A stretch of DNA of 64,000 nucleotides, taken from the IMG/VR virus record IMGVR_UViG_3300023296_001674. One strand, written 5' to 3'. Each line of letters starts with the position of its first letter. The first letter of the stretch is position 1. The notes under the pieces are model-generated. The model was given only the letters and a program-made list of their open reading frames with translations. It was not told where the DNA came from and searched no databases. This stretch comes from a virus. The position numbers were made by a program, and so were the translations under genes. Positions 31,154-41,625 of the stretch are shown one piece after another.

Positions 31154-32197
31154 ATGGCTATCGATTTAACACAGATTGTTCTACAATATTTACCAACAGA
31201 CAGAAAGACCAATGCAACTGGATTTTATGTTTGTTGTCCCATGTGTATGTCTATGGGTGAATCAAGACCGGATACAAAATATAGAGGAGGATTTACGATA
31301 GCGCCGGATGGGGGCTGGTTGTTTCATTGTTATAACTGTCATCATAAAAATCGATGGATATACAATGGCAGAGTAGGTAAAAATTTGATGTATTTTTTAA
31401 CATCAATTGGTATACCTTCAAAAATGATTCCTGTGCGTTTGCGGTTATTGCGCAACGATGAAACATTATCAGTAAAAATACACATCGAAGAAGAGGAAGT
31501 TCCAGATATTGCGATAAACTTTGATGAAGTTAAATTGCCATCTGGTTGTTCGTCATTTGATAGTTGGGTTGAAGATGATGAGCCGCCTTCGATGTTCATT
31601 GATGCATTCAGTTATATGGCATCACGCGGTGAAGCAGTGTTTAATGGGTCCACTTATTATTGGACGGGTGATTCGAACTATGCAATCAATCAGCGTGTTA
31701 TCATACCATTCTATCATCATGGTAAAGTAGTTGGATATACAGGCAGAGTATTCACTGGTAATAAAAAATTACGAAAATATTACAGCGAGCAACAGTCGGA
31801 TTATATGTATAATCAAGATTTGCTTGAAGGTGATGCCGAGATTATATTTTTGGTTGAAGGAATACTGGATGCAATATCTATTGGTGGCATCGGCGTGTTA
31901 GGAAATCATTTGACTGAAAAACAGGTTAATTTGTTAAAATGGTCCGGTAAGCGCATTATTTTAATACCGGATAGAAATGATGCTGGGGGTAAATTATTCG
32001 ATCAGGTGGTTTCCCTTGGGCATGAGGTGGCGTTAATATCAACAGAATGGGGAACGGGTATAGTAGATTGTGCAGAGGCGACTAAAAGATTTGGTATTCT
32101 TTATACATTGGAAACAATAATAAAAAATGCCACAAAAAATAAAATGAAATTGAAATTATTTAGGTCGGGAATGTTCCGTCTTAAATCGAATGGTTGA
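31154..32197 (+). CDS. DNA primase (gp61-like)
   Basis: CPMC...HCYNC Zn ribbon; RVIIPF, GYTGR, VEGILDA, PDRN TOPRIM. Confidence 0.9.
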   Translation: MAIDLTQIVLQYLPTDRKTNATGFYVCCPMCMSMGESRPDTKYRGGFTIAPDGGWLFHCYNCHHKNRWIYNGRVGKNLMYFLTSIGIPSKMIPVRLRLLRNDETLSVKIHIEEEEVPDIAINFDEVKLPSGCSSFDSWVEDDEPPSMFIDAFSYMASRGEAVFNGSTYYWTGDSNYAINQRVIIPFYHHGKVVGYTGRVFTGNKKLRKYYSEQQSDYMYNQDLLEGDAEIIFLVEGILDAISIGGIGVLGNHLTEKQVNLLKWSGKRIILIPDRNDAGGKLFDQVVSLGHEVALISTEWGTGIVDCAEATKRFGILYTLETIIKNATKNKMKLKLFRSGMFRLKSNG

Positions 32198-32208
32198 GGA
32201 AAATATAA

Positions 32209-33714
32209 ATGAGTGCAGATTTTGGATTACTAAAGCAAAAATTATTAATAGAGTACATGTTAGCAGATGAAACGGTATTTCATCGGTGTCGAAATATATT
32301 AAAATCGTCGTATTTTGACCCAGAATTGGTTAATGTGGTCGAGTTATTGATTACACACACAGATGAATATAAAGCAGTTCCAACAGTTCAACAAATCAAA
32401 GCAGAAACCGCAACTGAACTTGATTTAGTGCCAGAAATTCGTGAACAAGATCAAGCTTGGGCAATGGATAATATTGAAAAATTTTGTCAGCAGGGTGCTA
32501 TTATTGAAGCGGTATCAAAGGCGTTTGAATATATTGAATCTGGCGAGCACGGTACCATTGAAACTATGATTCGCGAAGCGGTATTGGTTGGCTTACAGAA
32601 AGACCTTGGTTTGGATTATTTCACTAATCCAAGAGAACGATTAGAACGCCTTAAACTTAAAAATCTTATTCCCACTGGTTGGCGCGATCTTGATAGAAAA
32701 TTATTTGGCGGTTTGAACAGAGGTGAAATTACTATTTTTGCTGCTGGTTCTGGTGTTGGTAAAAGTTTGTTCTTACAGAATGCATGTTTAAATTGGGTCA
32801 GCGGTGTTCAATATACTTGGGGTGAAGGTGATAACAATCCTAAAATTATCCCACCATTAAATGTATTGTATATTTCACTTGAATTAAGTCAAGATTTGAC
32901 GTCTAAGCGCATAGATTCTATGGTTACTGGCATTAGTGCCCGAGAAATATTTGCAAAAATAGATGAAGTTGAATTAAAGGTTACTACACAAGGTAAAAAA
33001 AGTGGTAGATTTACTATCAAATATTTGTCACAAGGTTCAAACACCAATGACATTAGAGCGTTAATCAAAGAATATGAATTGGTGTATGGATGTGTGCCTG
33101 ATTGTATAGCGGTAGATTATTTGGATGAAATGGGTCCAATTGCTAGCAATGTTAAAGATGATAATTTATACATGAAAGATAAACATGTTACTGGTGATTT
33201 GCGCGACTTGGCAGTCGAGTTAGATGTTGTTTTAATCACCGCATCACAACTCAATCGATCTGCGGTTGATGAGTCTGAACAAAACCACGCGATGATTGGT
33301 GGTGGTATCAGTAAAATTCAACGCGCAGATAACGTTGTTTCTATATACCAAAGTGCGGCAATGAAAGAAGAGGGAACATTCATGTGTACTTTCTTAAAAA
33401 CCCGTTCAAGTTCTGGTGTAGGTAGTAAAATATATTTAAGTTTCAATAATGATAGTATGAAAATATCCGATCAAGATGAAAATTATAATGCAGGTGGTGA
33501 TACAACATCCATTGATGGTACAGGTCTTAGAAATAGCACTACAATGACAAACAATGATTTGATAAAATCAATAAAATCGGGCGCATCTAAGCCAGCGCCC
33601 ACACCTTCTGCTCCTGTTCATGATCCAGAAACTGGTGAAATAAGTGAAACCGGCGAGATTAAAGAAAGTATGATGGAGCGATTAACAAGAATGAAGAAGG
33701 ATGGCTTGTTGTAA
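32209..33714 (+). CDS. Replicative DnaB-like helicase (gp41-like)
   Basis: PTGW..LD, AGSGVGKS, ISLEL, VDYLD, TASQLNR, LKTR. Confidence 0.93.
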   Translation: MSADFGLLKQKLLIEYMLADETVFHRCRNILKSSYFDPELVNVVELLITHTDEYKAVPTVQQIKAETATELDLVPEIREQDQAWAMDNIEKFCQQGAIIEAVSKAFEYIESGEHGTIETMIREAVLVGLQKDLGLDYFTNPRERLERLKLKNLIPTGWRDLDRKLFGGLNRGEITIFAAGSGVGKSLFLQNACLNWVSGVQYTWGEGDNNPKIIPPLNVLYISLELSQDLTSKRIDSMVTGISAREIFAKIDEVELKVTTQGKKSGRFTIKYLSQGSNTNDIRALIKEYELVYGCVPDCIAVDYLDEMGPIASNVKDDNLYMKDKHVTGDLRDLAVELDVVLITASQLNRSAVDESEQNHAMIGGGISKIQRADNVVSIYQSAAMKEEGTFMCTFLKTRSSSGVGSKIYLSFNNDSMKISDQDENYNAGGDTTSIDGTGLRNSTTMTNNDLIKSIKSGASKPAPTPSAPVHDPETGEISETGEIKESMMERLTRMKKDGLL

Positions 33715-33785
33715 GTGTGATAAATAACCTAGAAGTATAATAAATACTTAATATTATATAAATTGCGCAGGTATGGATATTACAT

Positions 33786-34046
33786 ATGATTAAAAAAACT
33801 AAGAGCCTCCTTGATGAACTTGACGAAATCGTTCCAACCAAGGACAAGCATATTGTTGTAGAAGCACGTGCACAACATTTTATTGCCAGTGGAATCAATC
33901 TATTAGAAATGATTGAAGAGCATTTTACTCCTGAAGAGGCTGATGAATTATCTCGTCGCCTCTTTAATTCATTAAAAGGTAGAAGCCCCGCAAAATTCCA
34001 ACGCAAAATGCAACAAATTCAGGAAAACAATAGTAACAATGAATAA
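33786..34046 (+). CDS. Small helical protein
   Basis: After late promoter; first gene of the head-protein block. Confidence 0.7.
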   Translation: MIKKTKSLLDELDEIVPTKDKHIVVEARAQHFIASGINLLEMIEEHFTPEEADELSRRLFNSLKGRSPAKFQRKMQQIQENNSNNE

Positions 34047-34593
34047 AGTTGACGATATGCGCAAATTGATGGAAACTATATCTCATGGTGAACAAGATGA
34101 CATCAATGAGGCCGGTGGAGTTATTGACAAAACTTTAGCGAAATTTGGAAACAAACGCGCTAAAGGTAAAGTTGATGTCAACAATGAAAAAAACAGCATA
34201 GAAGATGGTTGGAAAGAATTCGCAGGAGCGCAAGATTTCGATAATAAGAATGTTGAAGGATTTAAAGATTTCCTACAATTTTGGAATTTTAATGGCCCTG
34301 AAATAGATTCTATTGTTACAGAACCATTCAATATTAAACAATCATTGAAAAATGCTGCAAAAATTCAACACAAATCAGGCAAGGGTGTAACGGGTGAACG
34401 TGATGGTCGACCAGCGCCGACACCAAGTAACGATGATTATAAATCAATTATTAAATTTTATACAAATGATTTAAAAGGAAATGTTGCATCTTTAGAATTG
34501 GAAATGGCTGCAATTAAAAATCCGAAATTGATAAGTGGTGATCCACTTGCATCATTGGGTTATGCATTCATGAAAGCCAACGGCAAAGGATAA
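34039..34593 (+). CDS. Putative internal head protein
   Basis: N-terminal DMRKLMETI...INE; related to the next ORF (AKFG.K.AK, L..LG.A). Confidence 0.6.
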   Translation: MNKVDDMRKLMETISHGEQDDINEAGGVIDKTLAKFGNKRAKGKVDVNNEKNSIEDGWKEFAGAQDFDNKNVEGFKDFLQFWNFNGPEIDSIVTEPFNIKQSLKNAAKIQHKSGKGVTGERDGRPAPTPSNDDYKSIIKFYTNDLKGNVASLELEMAAIKNPKLISGDPLASLGYAFMKANGKG

Positions 34594-34596
34594 CAT

Positions 34597-35790
34597 ATGC
34601 ATAGCAACATACGAGATTTTATATCAGTTATCGACGATAATATGAATACCCCCGATAATATAATATTATTGGAGAGTGATTTTGTTAATCCATCTACAGA
34701 ACTTACAGACGATCAAATAAAGCAAATATTTGTCATCATAAGCCAAGCGGCAGCTTATAAAAAACTCCGTGGCAACCTTAAAGGTTATAAACCTTCTTTA
34801 AAAACCAATAAAGTAACAAACGAAGAGTTAATAAACGAACTCGATCCATTTGGTGGAATGGCAAAAGCGACAGATGCACTCATGGCAAAATTTGGATCGA
34901 AAGGTGCAAAGATGGCTCAAGTGGCAAAAGAAACTGCACTAGGGTTATGGAAAAAATGGGAAAAAGATTCAATTAAAGGTGGAATGGTCCCATCTGTTGA
35001 ATCTGTTGCTAGATGGGTAAATGATGAAGAATTTGATGCAGATTTGATAGATGCTGCATTTAGAGGGGTTGGTGTTCCTAATGTAAAAAATTCATTGAGA
35101 AATATAAGCACGGTTGATAGATTGCCATTAACACAATGGATGGATGAAAATAATATAAAACCTGGTGCTTTAAATGGAATTGTATTAAAAGATTATTTGT
35201 CTGATATTGATGTACAAGATCGCGATGTTGATGCGATATTGGATGGCATTGGATTAAAAAATACTGGCACTGTGATATCGCGAGTTCAATTGAAAAAATT
35301 GGAAAAAGCATTAGATGCATACATACCATCTGAAGAACCCGAAGGCGAAGTTGCCACTGATGTTGACGTTGATGCTAATACTAGCACCAATACCAATTCT
35401 GGAACGCCATTAGATGGTGGATGGCTTGCTCGCGACGTATATTCTTATATTATTAAAAATTATAATGTAGACGATAAAGATGATTTGGCTAATGAATTCA
35501 AAGCAGCCAAGGTTAAGAATGTAGATGACGAAATGAGTGATGATCAAGTAAGAAAGGTGTTAAATTCTGTAAAAGATGATGAAAAAAATATGTTTTCCGT
35601 GGCTGATGATGCATCGAAATCTTCTGATGAAATAATGAAAACAACACAAGAAATAGTTAAAGATATGGGAAGCAGTATAAAAAAAGCAACATCTGTGGGT
35701 AAAGAATTTGTAAAATCTGGTGATATATCATCGACTAGTGAACTTCAGAAACTTGGTATTGCTATATTAACTGCACGAAAGAAAATATAA
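34597..35790 (+). CDS. Putative internal head protein
   Basis: NIRDFISVI...LLE and LINE motifs; shares AKFG.K.AK with the previous ORF. Confidence 0.6.
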   Translation: MHSNIRDFISVIDDNMNTPDNIILLESDFVNPSTELTDDQIKQIFVIISQAAAYKKLRGNLKGYKPSLKTNKVTNEELINELDPFGGMAKATDALMAKFGSKGAKMAQVAKETALGLWKKWEKDSIKGGMVPSVESVARWVNDEEFDADLIDAAFRGVGVPNVKNSLRNISTVDRLPLTQWMDENNIKPGALNGIVLKDYLSDIDVQDRDVDAILDGIGLKNTGTVISRVQLKKLEKALDAYIPSEEPEGEVATDVDVDANTSTNTNSGTPLDGGWLARDVYSYIIKNYNVDDKDDLANEFKAAKVKNVDDEMSDDQVRKVLNSVKDDEKNMFSVADDASKSSDEIMKTTQEIVKDMGSSIKKATSVGKEFVKSGDISSTSELQKLGIAILTARKKI

Positions 35791-35799
35791 GGTATAAAA

Positions 35800-37134
35800 A
35801 TGAGCATTAAAAAATTCAATGAAGAAACTACATCTATAGCCGGTTCTGATATTGAACCAACATTGCGATATTTATCACCTATTGTTGGTATTGCGTATGA
35901 ATCTGTGTTAGATAAATCTGGAAAAATAGTAAAACGTGGATTAGAAGATTGCACATTGGGCACCTCTTCAAAATCTGGAACTGGCGCTTTCGGTAAGCAC
36001 GGAACTGTTGGTGATATTGATATAGTTATCGATGAATCGTCACATGATACTAATAGTTTTGTTTCACGATTAGTCAATAAGTTAGGACCAGATAAAATAG
36101 GAAAACCTGTTAATGGTGGTATAACTATACCAACGAAAGTTAATGTTGGCGGCGCTGAAGGAGCAAATTTGGTCGAGGTTGATTTTATAATCGGTGATCC
36201 TGAATTATTAACCTTTACGCATCACTCACCAGACCCAACGAGTTTAAGTGAATATAATGGTATCGCTCGCAATGAAATGATGCGTGCTGTATTACAAGAT
36301 TCACGCCGCCAAGTGCGCGATCCTGAAACAAAAGAGATTATGGCATTGGTTGGACCTGCATATTTTCTTGATAAAGGATTTGTTCAAGAATGGCGTCACT
36401 TTCCAATGAAAGGTGATGGTAGCGGACGTCAAAGTATTAATAAACCAATAAGTAAAAGTGAATTCACTGAAACATACCCTGATCACACTGGAAATGAAAA
36501 ACCATTGATGCTTTCGAAGCCTCGTGAAATGATGGATTATATGTTCCCTAATGCAAACACCAAAATTGAAGAATATGATTGTTTTGAAACTATAAGAGAT
36601 TTAGTTATAGAACATAAGCCAAAAAATGCTGAATCTATATTCAATTTATTTGCACAAAGTATGCATCGTAAAGGACAGCCAGTGCCGCAGGGTTTGGTCG
36701 TAGAATGTCGTCAAATGGTTGAAAAATCTAACGTTCTTACTGAAGTTCGTGATATAAGCCTTAATCGTGTGATGGAATCTGTTGTAAGACGTGGAAAATT
36801 TGAAGATTTTAGAAAATCTTGCTTGAATACATTAACAGATAATCGAAAACTTGATCATTTTACAAAACCTAAAGCAACTGCTGATAATATGCCACTAGAA
36901 GGATTGACATATCTTATTAATAAGTGCGGCATGATGAATGAGTGGAATGATTTGAACAAAAATGATTATGGAACCAATTATCATCACAAAGTTTCTGATT
37001 TTGGTGCATTTTATGAAGATTTATGCGAACTTATCGGCGAAGATAACTTTATGTTCGTTGCAGAACATTATGGATTAAAGATAAATTCTGATTCTTTTAT
37101 CAATAGTTTAATCGAAATGGAATATGATGGCTAA
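35800..37134 (+). CDS. Pol-beta-superfamily nucleotidyltransferase-like protein
   Basis: LGTS..., GDIDIVID and VEVDFI supply a G[ST]-DxD-D arrangement. Confidence 0.55.
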   Translation: MSIKKFNEETTSIAGSDIEPTLRYLSPIVGIAYESVLDKSGKIVKRGLEDCTLGTSSKSGTGAFGKHGTVGDIDIVIDESSHDTNSFVSRLVNKLGPDKIGKPVNGGITIPTKVNVGGAEGANLVEVDFIIGDPELLTFTHHSPDPTSLSEYNGIARNEMMRAVLQDSRRQVRDPETKEIMALVGPAYFLDKGFVQEWRHFPMKGDGSGRQSINKPISKSEFTETYPDHTGNEKPLMLSKPREMMDYMFPNANTKIEEYDCFETIRDLVIEHKPKNAESIFNLFAQSMHRKGQPVPQGLVVECRQMVEKSNVLTEVRDISLNRVMESVVRRGKFEDFRKSCLNTLTDNRKLDHFTKPKATADNMPLEGLTYLINKCGMMNEWNDLNKNDYGTNYHHKVSDFGAFYEDLCELIGEDNFMFVAEHYGLKINSDSFINSLIEMEYDG

Positions 37135-38062
37135 ACAAAATATTTTAACTACTGAAAAATATATTAAAAATGTGATTTCTCGACATGGTATATTATTTGA
37201 CTATTCCAAAACTGAATATATTGGGTCTAAATATAAAATCGAAGTTGGTTGCGCACAACACGGAATGTATTGGGTTGAAGCCGGAAGTCATTATAGAAAA
37301 CCAGTGTGTCCATTATGTTCAAGAGACCAGAGTAATAAAAATCAACGAATAATGAATGCGGATGAATATATTATAAAAGCGAATAAAGTCCACAATAATT
37401 ACTACAAATATCCTGATTTGAAATATAAAAACAGTCGCACTAAAATTGATATATTATGTCCAAATCACGGTATATTTAAGCAACGTACAGGAGTTCATTT
37501 ACTCGGTGATGGATGTCCAAAATGCGCAAATGAATATAGAACAAACAAGCAACGTATGTCTATCGATGAATATTTAAATAGAGCAAGGCGAATGCATGAT
37601 GATATATATGATTATTCAAATGTTGTATATACAGCACTATCCAATAAAATAGAAATAATATGCATTAAACATGGCAGTTTTTCACAAAATGCCGGGAGCC
37701 ATATTAATGGTAGCGGTTGCCCTGTGTGTGATAAAGGAAAAACGTCGTCTAAATCTGAAAAAAAATGGTTAGATAGTAAAAACATTCCAGAAATATATAG
37801 AAATTATCCAATAAAAATAAAAAATAATAGAACGTTATATGTTGATGGATATGACCCAACCACTAATACAGTTTATGAATTTTGGGGTGATTTTTGGCAC
37901 GGAAATCCTCGAATATTCAATCAATCTGACATTAATACCAGAACTAATATATCATTTGGTGAATTATATAATAATACATTAAATAAAATTAATATTCTTG
38001 TAAAAAATGGATATAAAATTATAGATATATGGGAAGATGAATGGAAAGAGACTATAATATAA
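37124..38062 (+). mobile_element. Putative homing endonuclease: three Zn-ribbon repeats plus Vsr-like nuclease
   Basis: Three CxxHG...H....CPxC repeats; VDGY....VYEFWGDFWHG; IWE..W. Confidence 0.8.
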
Positions 38063-38817
38063 TGGATTTCATACAAAATCTTTGCGAAGGGCGGCTATTC
38101 GGTAGCGGTAAATCCAACCTTGCGCATTATAGTGCAAAACAAATAACAGAAATGTTATATTTGCAATTTTTAGGTATTCAAATATTGAAATATGAATCAG
38201 GAAGTCTGCCTGTTGCACAACGATATGTTAGAAGCACAGGAAATCTGACCAATTTTGATTATTGGCGTTCAGGAAAAAATGAATTATATTTGATGTTGCA
38301 CCTTATTGTTGGTCAATATGCTGACGAACAACGTCATATGTTGAAATATGGCAAGCGTGATGCACGATACCTTGAATTAACTAGATTGAATAAGCAAAAT
38401 CTTGTTAGATTTTTGCGCTCTGTTGCATCTGGTCATTTTGATGAAGGTTCGGATCGTAGATTTCTTATGGAACTCGAACGAGGATTGAGGATAACAGATA
38501 GCAACTTAAAAAACATCAGAAGGGTGGCTGGTCAGTGGAAAATGCAATCATTTTCGACTAAAAAAACTACATTAACTCGACTTTTACAGTTATTTCGTTC
38601 TAAAGCACGTCGTTCTGAATTATTACCATATTTAGAGTCGCTAGCAATTGCCATGAACATGGAAAACCGAAAACTTACCGCAATAAGCAACGAGCCAAAT
38701 CCTGTTGCTCAAAAAACACCAGTAAAGCCAAATATGGCATTTTTAAAGAATATGTCGGCTGGTATTGCTTCCGGTAATACTGCTGCATCTATTTTAATGC
38801 GAAAAAAGAAAGATTAA
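38062..38817 (+). CDS. Hypothetical, likely virion protein
   Basis: TAATG-coupled start MDFIQNLCE. Confidence 0.65.
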   Translation: MDFIQNLCEGRLFGSGKSNLAHYSAKQITEMLYLQFLGIQILKYESGSLPVAQRYVRSTGNLTNFDYWRSGKNELYLMLHLIVGQYADEQRHMLKYGKRDARYLELTRLNKQNLVRFLRSVASGHFDEGSDRRFLMELERGLRITDSNLKNIRRVAGQWKMQSFSTKKTTLTRLLQLFRSKARRSELLPYLESLAIAMNMENRKLTAISNEPNPVAQKTPVKPNMAFLKNMSAGIASGNTAASILMRKKKD

Positions 38818-38870
38818 CTCTATTTTTTTGCGATAAATAATAAATATTAATATAAATAGAGGTATCTTTT

Positions 38871-39080
38871 ATGCGTGCGTATGAATTTATTAAAGAAAAC
38901 GCAAGTTCTGGCGGAACCTCTGCAAGTAGTGTAGCTACGGTTGTAAAACCACAAGTTACTACAGCAGAAGGTGAAACATTATTTGGTGGTGATGCAAATG
39001 ACCACCCTGCATATGGTGATTCCACTAATGTAACAGTTATTCGTAGACCAAGTCCTACTGCGGAAGCTAATAAGAAATAA
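38871..39080 (+). CDS. Small head-associated protein
   Basis: GAGG RBS, late promoter; MRAYEFIKE leader; ASSGGTSASSVA. Confidence 0.65.
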   Translation: MRAYEFIKENASSGGTSASSVATVVKPQVTTAEGETLFGGDANDHPAYGDSTNVTVIRRPSPTAEANKK

Positions 39081-39133
39081 CCGGACTACAACAAAGCTGG
39101 CGAGTTAGATCGCTAAAAACGAGGAAATAACAA

Positions 39134-39565
39134 ATGTCTTTAAATGGATTAGATAGAAATAAAGTTGATGGAACTGCTAACCCAGCAGAGTCTTTCAATC
39201 GTAACTTAGACTTCTTTACAGTAACAGTGACTGGTGGATTAACATTCCGTTCCGACGGTGCCGCAGGTCTTGATGATGATGGTGTACCTGTTGACGCAGA
39301 ACAGTATCTTTTTGATAAAATGATTGAATTGGTTAGCCAAAAAGCACAACCAATCGTTTTAACTGGTGGAACAACTGGTGCCACAGTATTCAATATGATC
39401 ATTGAGCACTCTGGACTATGGACAGAAGCTGGTGCAACAGACCCGAAAGCTGAATCTCTTGATACAGTTCTTCAGGATGCAATCTTAGCGCTTTCTGATG
39501 ATGCTGACAATCAATTGTTTGCAACTTTTGCAACTACTGTAGCACACACTAATACTCTTACTTAA
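39134..39565 (+). CDS. Small structural/decoration-like protein
   Basis: GAGG RBS; NLDFFTV...FDKMIELVSQK shared with 39862. Confidence 0.65.
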   Translation: MSLNGLDRNKVDGTANPAESFNRNLDFFTVTVTGGLTFRSDGAAGLDDDGVPVDAEQYLFDKMIELVSQKAQPIVLTGGTTGATVFNMIIEHSGLWTEAGATDPKAESLDTVLQDAILALSDDADNQLFATFATTVAHTNTLT

Positions 39566-39586
39566 GTAATAGTAGAATAAAAAAAT

Positions 39587-39775
39587 CCTAAAGGTATTAC
39601 CTTTAGGTGAGAATATGATTTTAATGCTTTTTGGCGAAATTTAACTATTATAACCCTTGGGGAGGAATACAGATAAGAAATACATTTTAGAATATGAAAA
39701 TATTTAAGTGTCCCATTGTCTGTGTAGTTAAGTAAATCGCCAAGAATGTAATAGTTGGATCATATGACCCCAGCT
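39587..39775 (+). ncRNA. Candidate structured RNA in an ORF-free gap
   Basis: Nested helices TTGGCGA/TCGCCAA, TTAACTA/TAGTTAA, TACAGATA/TGTCTGTG; G.U pairs favour the + strand. Confidence 0.4.
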
Positions 39776-39778
39776 TTT

Positions 39779-39817
39779 AAAAAATCCTTCAGACTTCGGT
39801 CTTGGAGGATTTTTTTT
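39779..39817 (+). terminator. Intrinsic terminator with UUCG loop
   Basis: AATCCTTCAGAC-TTCG-GTCTTGGAGGATT plus T run. Confidence 0.85.
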
Positions 39818-39861
39818 GACTAAATATAAATAATAACCGGTTATAACAATAGGATTAACAT

Positions 39862-40275
39862 ATGCTGAATTTAAATTTTTACAAAGTTAGAACAGGATTA
39901 GACATACGTCCTATTTCACAAGAAGGTGATGCTGAATCACAGGCACGATTTGATCAAATATTGCAAACCGTGGCACAAAAATCAGAAATAGATTATATTA
40001 ATCCAAATATTTTTACAATTATTGAAAAAAGTCCTGCTGATTTGGGAGCATATAAAGGAAAACAGAAAACATTGTATGTTATGGTGTTTGGATTAGATAA
40101 AGATCGTAGTGCATGGACCGGAAGTGATTTGAAAATGACATTAGGTAATATGAGTGCTACTGTTTCATTAAAGAAGGCTAATATAGATGCTGAATTGTGG
40201 GTTGGTGGTGCAGTAAATAATATTAGTGCAGAAAAGGCTTTATTTGATTTGCGATCAGTTAAGAAAAAAATATAA
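39862..40275 (+). CDS. Paralog of the 39134 protein
   Basis: NLNFYKV...FDQILQTVAQK similarity; AGGA RBS. Confidence 0.6.
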   Translation: MLNLNFYKVRTGLDIRPISQEGDAESQARFDQILQTVAQKSEIDYINPNIFTIIEKSPADLGAYKGKQKTLYVMVFGLDKDRSAWTGSDLKMTLGNMSATVSLKKANIDAELWVGGAVNNISAEKALFDLRSVKKKI

Positions 40276-40333
40276 TATTCAACGTGTTACATATTTTATT
40301 AGATGATGTATAATATAATAGATGGTTTTATAA

Positions 40334-41254
40334 ATGACTGAATTTATTATAAATATTATAGATAAGCGTATATTAACTGATGGTGCTATTGTGAAAGACA
40401 TACTTGATACATTAGAAATATCTCCATTTTTATTTCATTCATTGGATGAAGATGGTTTAATATTAAAGGTTAGCCAAGGATGGCTAGATGCTACTGGCTA
40501 TTCATTAGATGATGTGATAGGCAAGAAAGGTGTTGAGTTGTTGACACCGGATTCGGCATCAAAAGCAACCACTGAAACACTTCCTGTGTTATTTGAAACA
40601 GGACGAAGTGAAAATGTTTATTATCAATTAATAAAAAAAGATGGGGAATTGATGGATGTATTGATTTCGGCCATTGTATATGAAACGGATTTAGGAAAAT
40701 GCACCCTAAGTATAACTACGGATATAACAGAGCAAAAATCTGGTGAAAAAATGCTTGATCGTTATAGGGAAAATTTAGAAGATTTAGTTAAAGAGCGTAC
40801 CGAAGAATTCAATGATACATTAGAAATGTATAAAACACTGGCAAGAATATCACCCGTTGGTATTATGCGCGTTAATGAGTTTGGAGCGTGCGATTTTGTT
40901 AATAAAAAATGGTGTGATATGACTGGATTGACAAAAAAAGAATCAAGCGGGTCTGGTTGGATGTCTGCTATACATCCAACCGATATTGAACAAGTGAATG
41001 ATATATGGGAAGAAGCTGTAAAGCACCAAAAGAGTTGGACACGCGAATTTAAGTTATGTGATATAAAAGGAAATTCCATATGGGTTCAATGCTCTGGAAA
41101 TATAGTAAATAATGGGAATAATGGTCACGTAGTAACATTTACTAATGTAACAAAAGAAAAAAAGATATTGCCTGAATTATTATCACTGAATGAAATGATT
41201 AAAACTGAAACTGGTAATAATAAAGTTAGGAGAAGAAAGAATAATGGCAACTGA
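40334..41254 (+). CDS. Tandem PAS-domain protein without an output domain
   Basis: PAS1 (SLDEDG.I..VS..W...TGYS..DVIG...KKDG...DITEQK), helical linker LEDLVKERT, PAS2 (SPVGI...VNKKW..MTG...GW...IHP.D). Confidence 0.88.
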   Translation: MTEFIINIIDKRILTDGAIVKDILDTLEISPFLFHSLDEDGLILKVSQGWLDATGYSLDDVIGKKGVELLTPDSASKATTETLPVLFETGRSENVYYQLIKKDGELMDVLISAIVYETDLGKCTLSITTDITEQKSGEKMLDRYRENLEDLVKERTEEFNDTLEMYKTLARISPVGIMRVNEFGACDFVNKKWCDMTGLTKKESSGSGWMSAIHPTDIEQVNDIWEEAVKHQKSWTREFKLCDIKGNSIWVQCSGNIVNNGNNGHVVTFTNVTKEKKILPELLSLNEMIKTETGNNKVRRRKNNGN

Positions 41255-41591
41255 TCCTATCACATGGCCTGTGGCAGTTACGATTCTTGGTGGTATAGTT
41301 GTTGTGGTATCAGCAATAGTTGGATATATGAATCAATCGTTTAGGCGTGATATGCCATGGAAAGACCCTATAGCAAAAATGAATGCTGCTGTTATTAAAA
41401 TGGAAACTCGGGTTGAGCAAGCCATTTCTAAGACAGAGGATGTGAGTACACATTTACAAGAACATGAAATGCGCAATGAAAGAGATTTTGATCGCGTTCT
41501 TGAACGTCTTGAAAAGGTTACAGACTTGATGATTGACTTAATACGTAGCGATGGATCGAATGAAACTCCACCGAGCGACAAAAAAGAATAA
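41244..41591 (+). CDS. Single-TM coiled-coil protein
   Basis: N-terminal hydrophobic helix followed by heptads; overlaps the PAS gene. Confidence 0.6.
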   Translation: MATDPITWPVAVTILGGIVVVVSAIVGYMNQSFRRDMPWKDPIAKMNAAVIKMETRVEQAISKTEDVSTHLQEHEMRNERDFDRVLERLEKVTDLMIDLIRSDGSNETPPSDKKE

Positions 41592-41625
41592 ATACTCAAT
41601 ATAATAACGATTTAGAGGGTGTTCC

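Noticed and set aside
39587-39775. Known self-cleaving ribozyme or riboswitch
   Set aside because: Could not find hammerhead, twister, pistol or HDV core motifs by eye; kept only as an unclassified candidate
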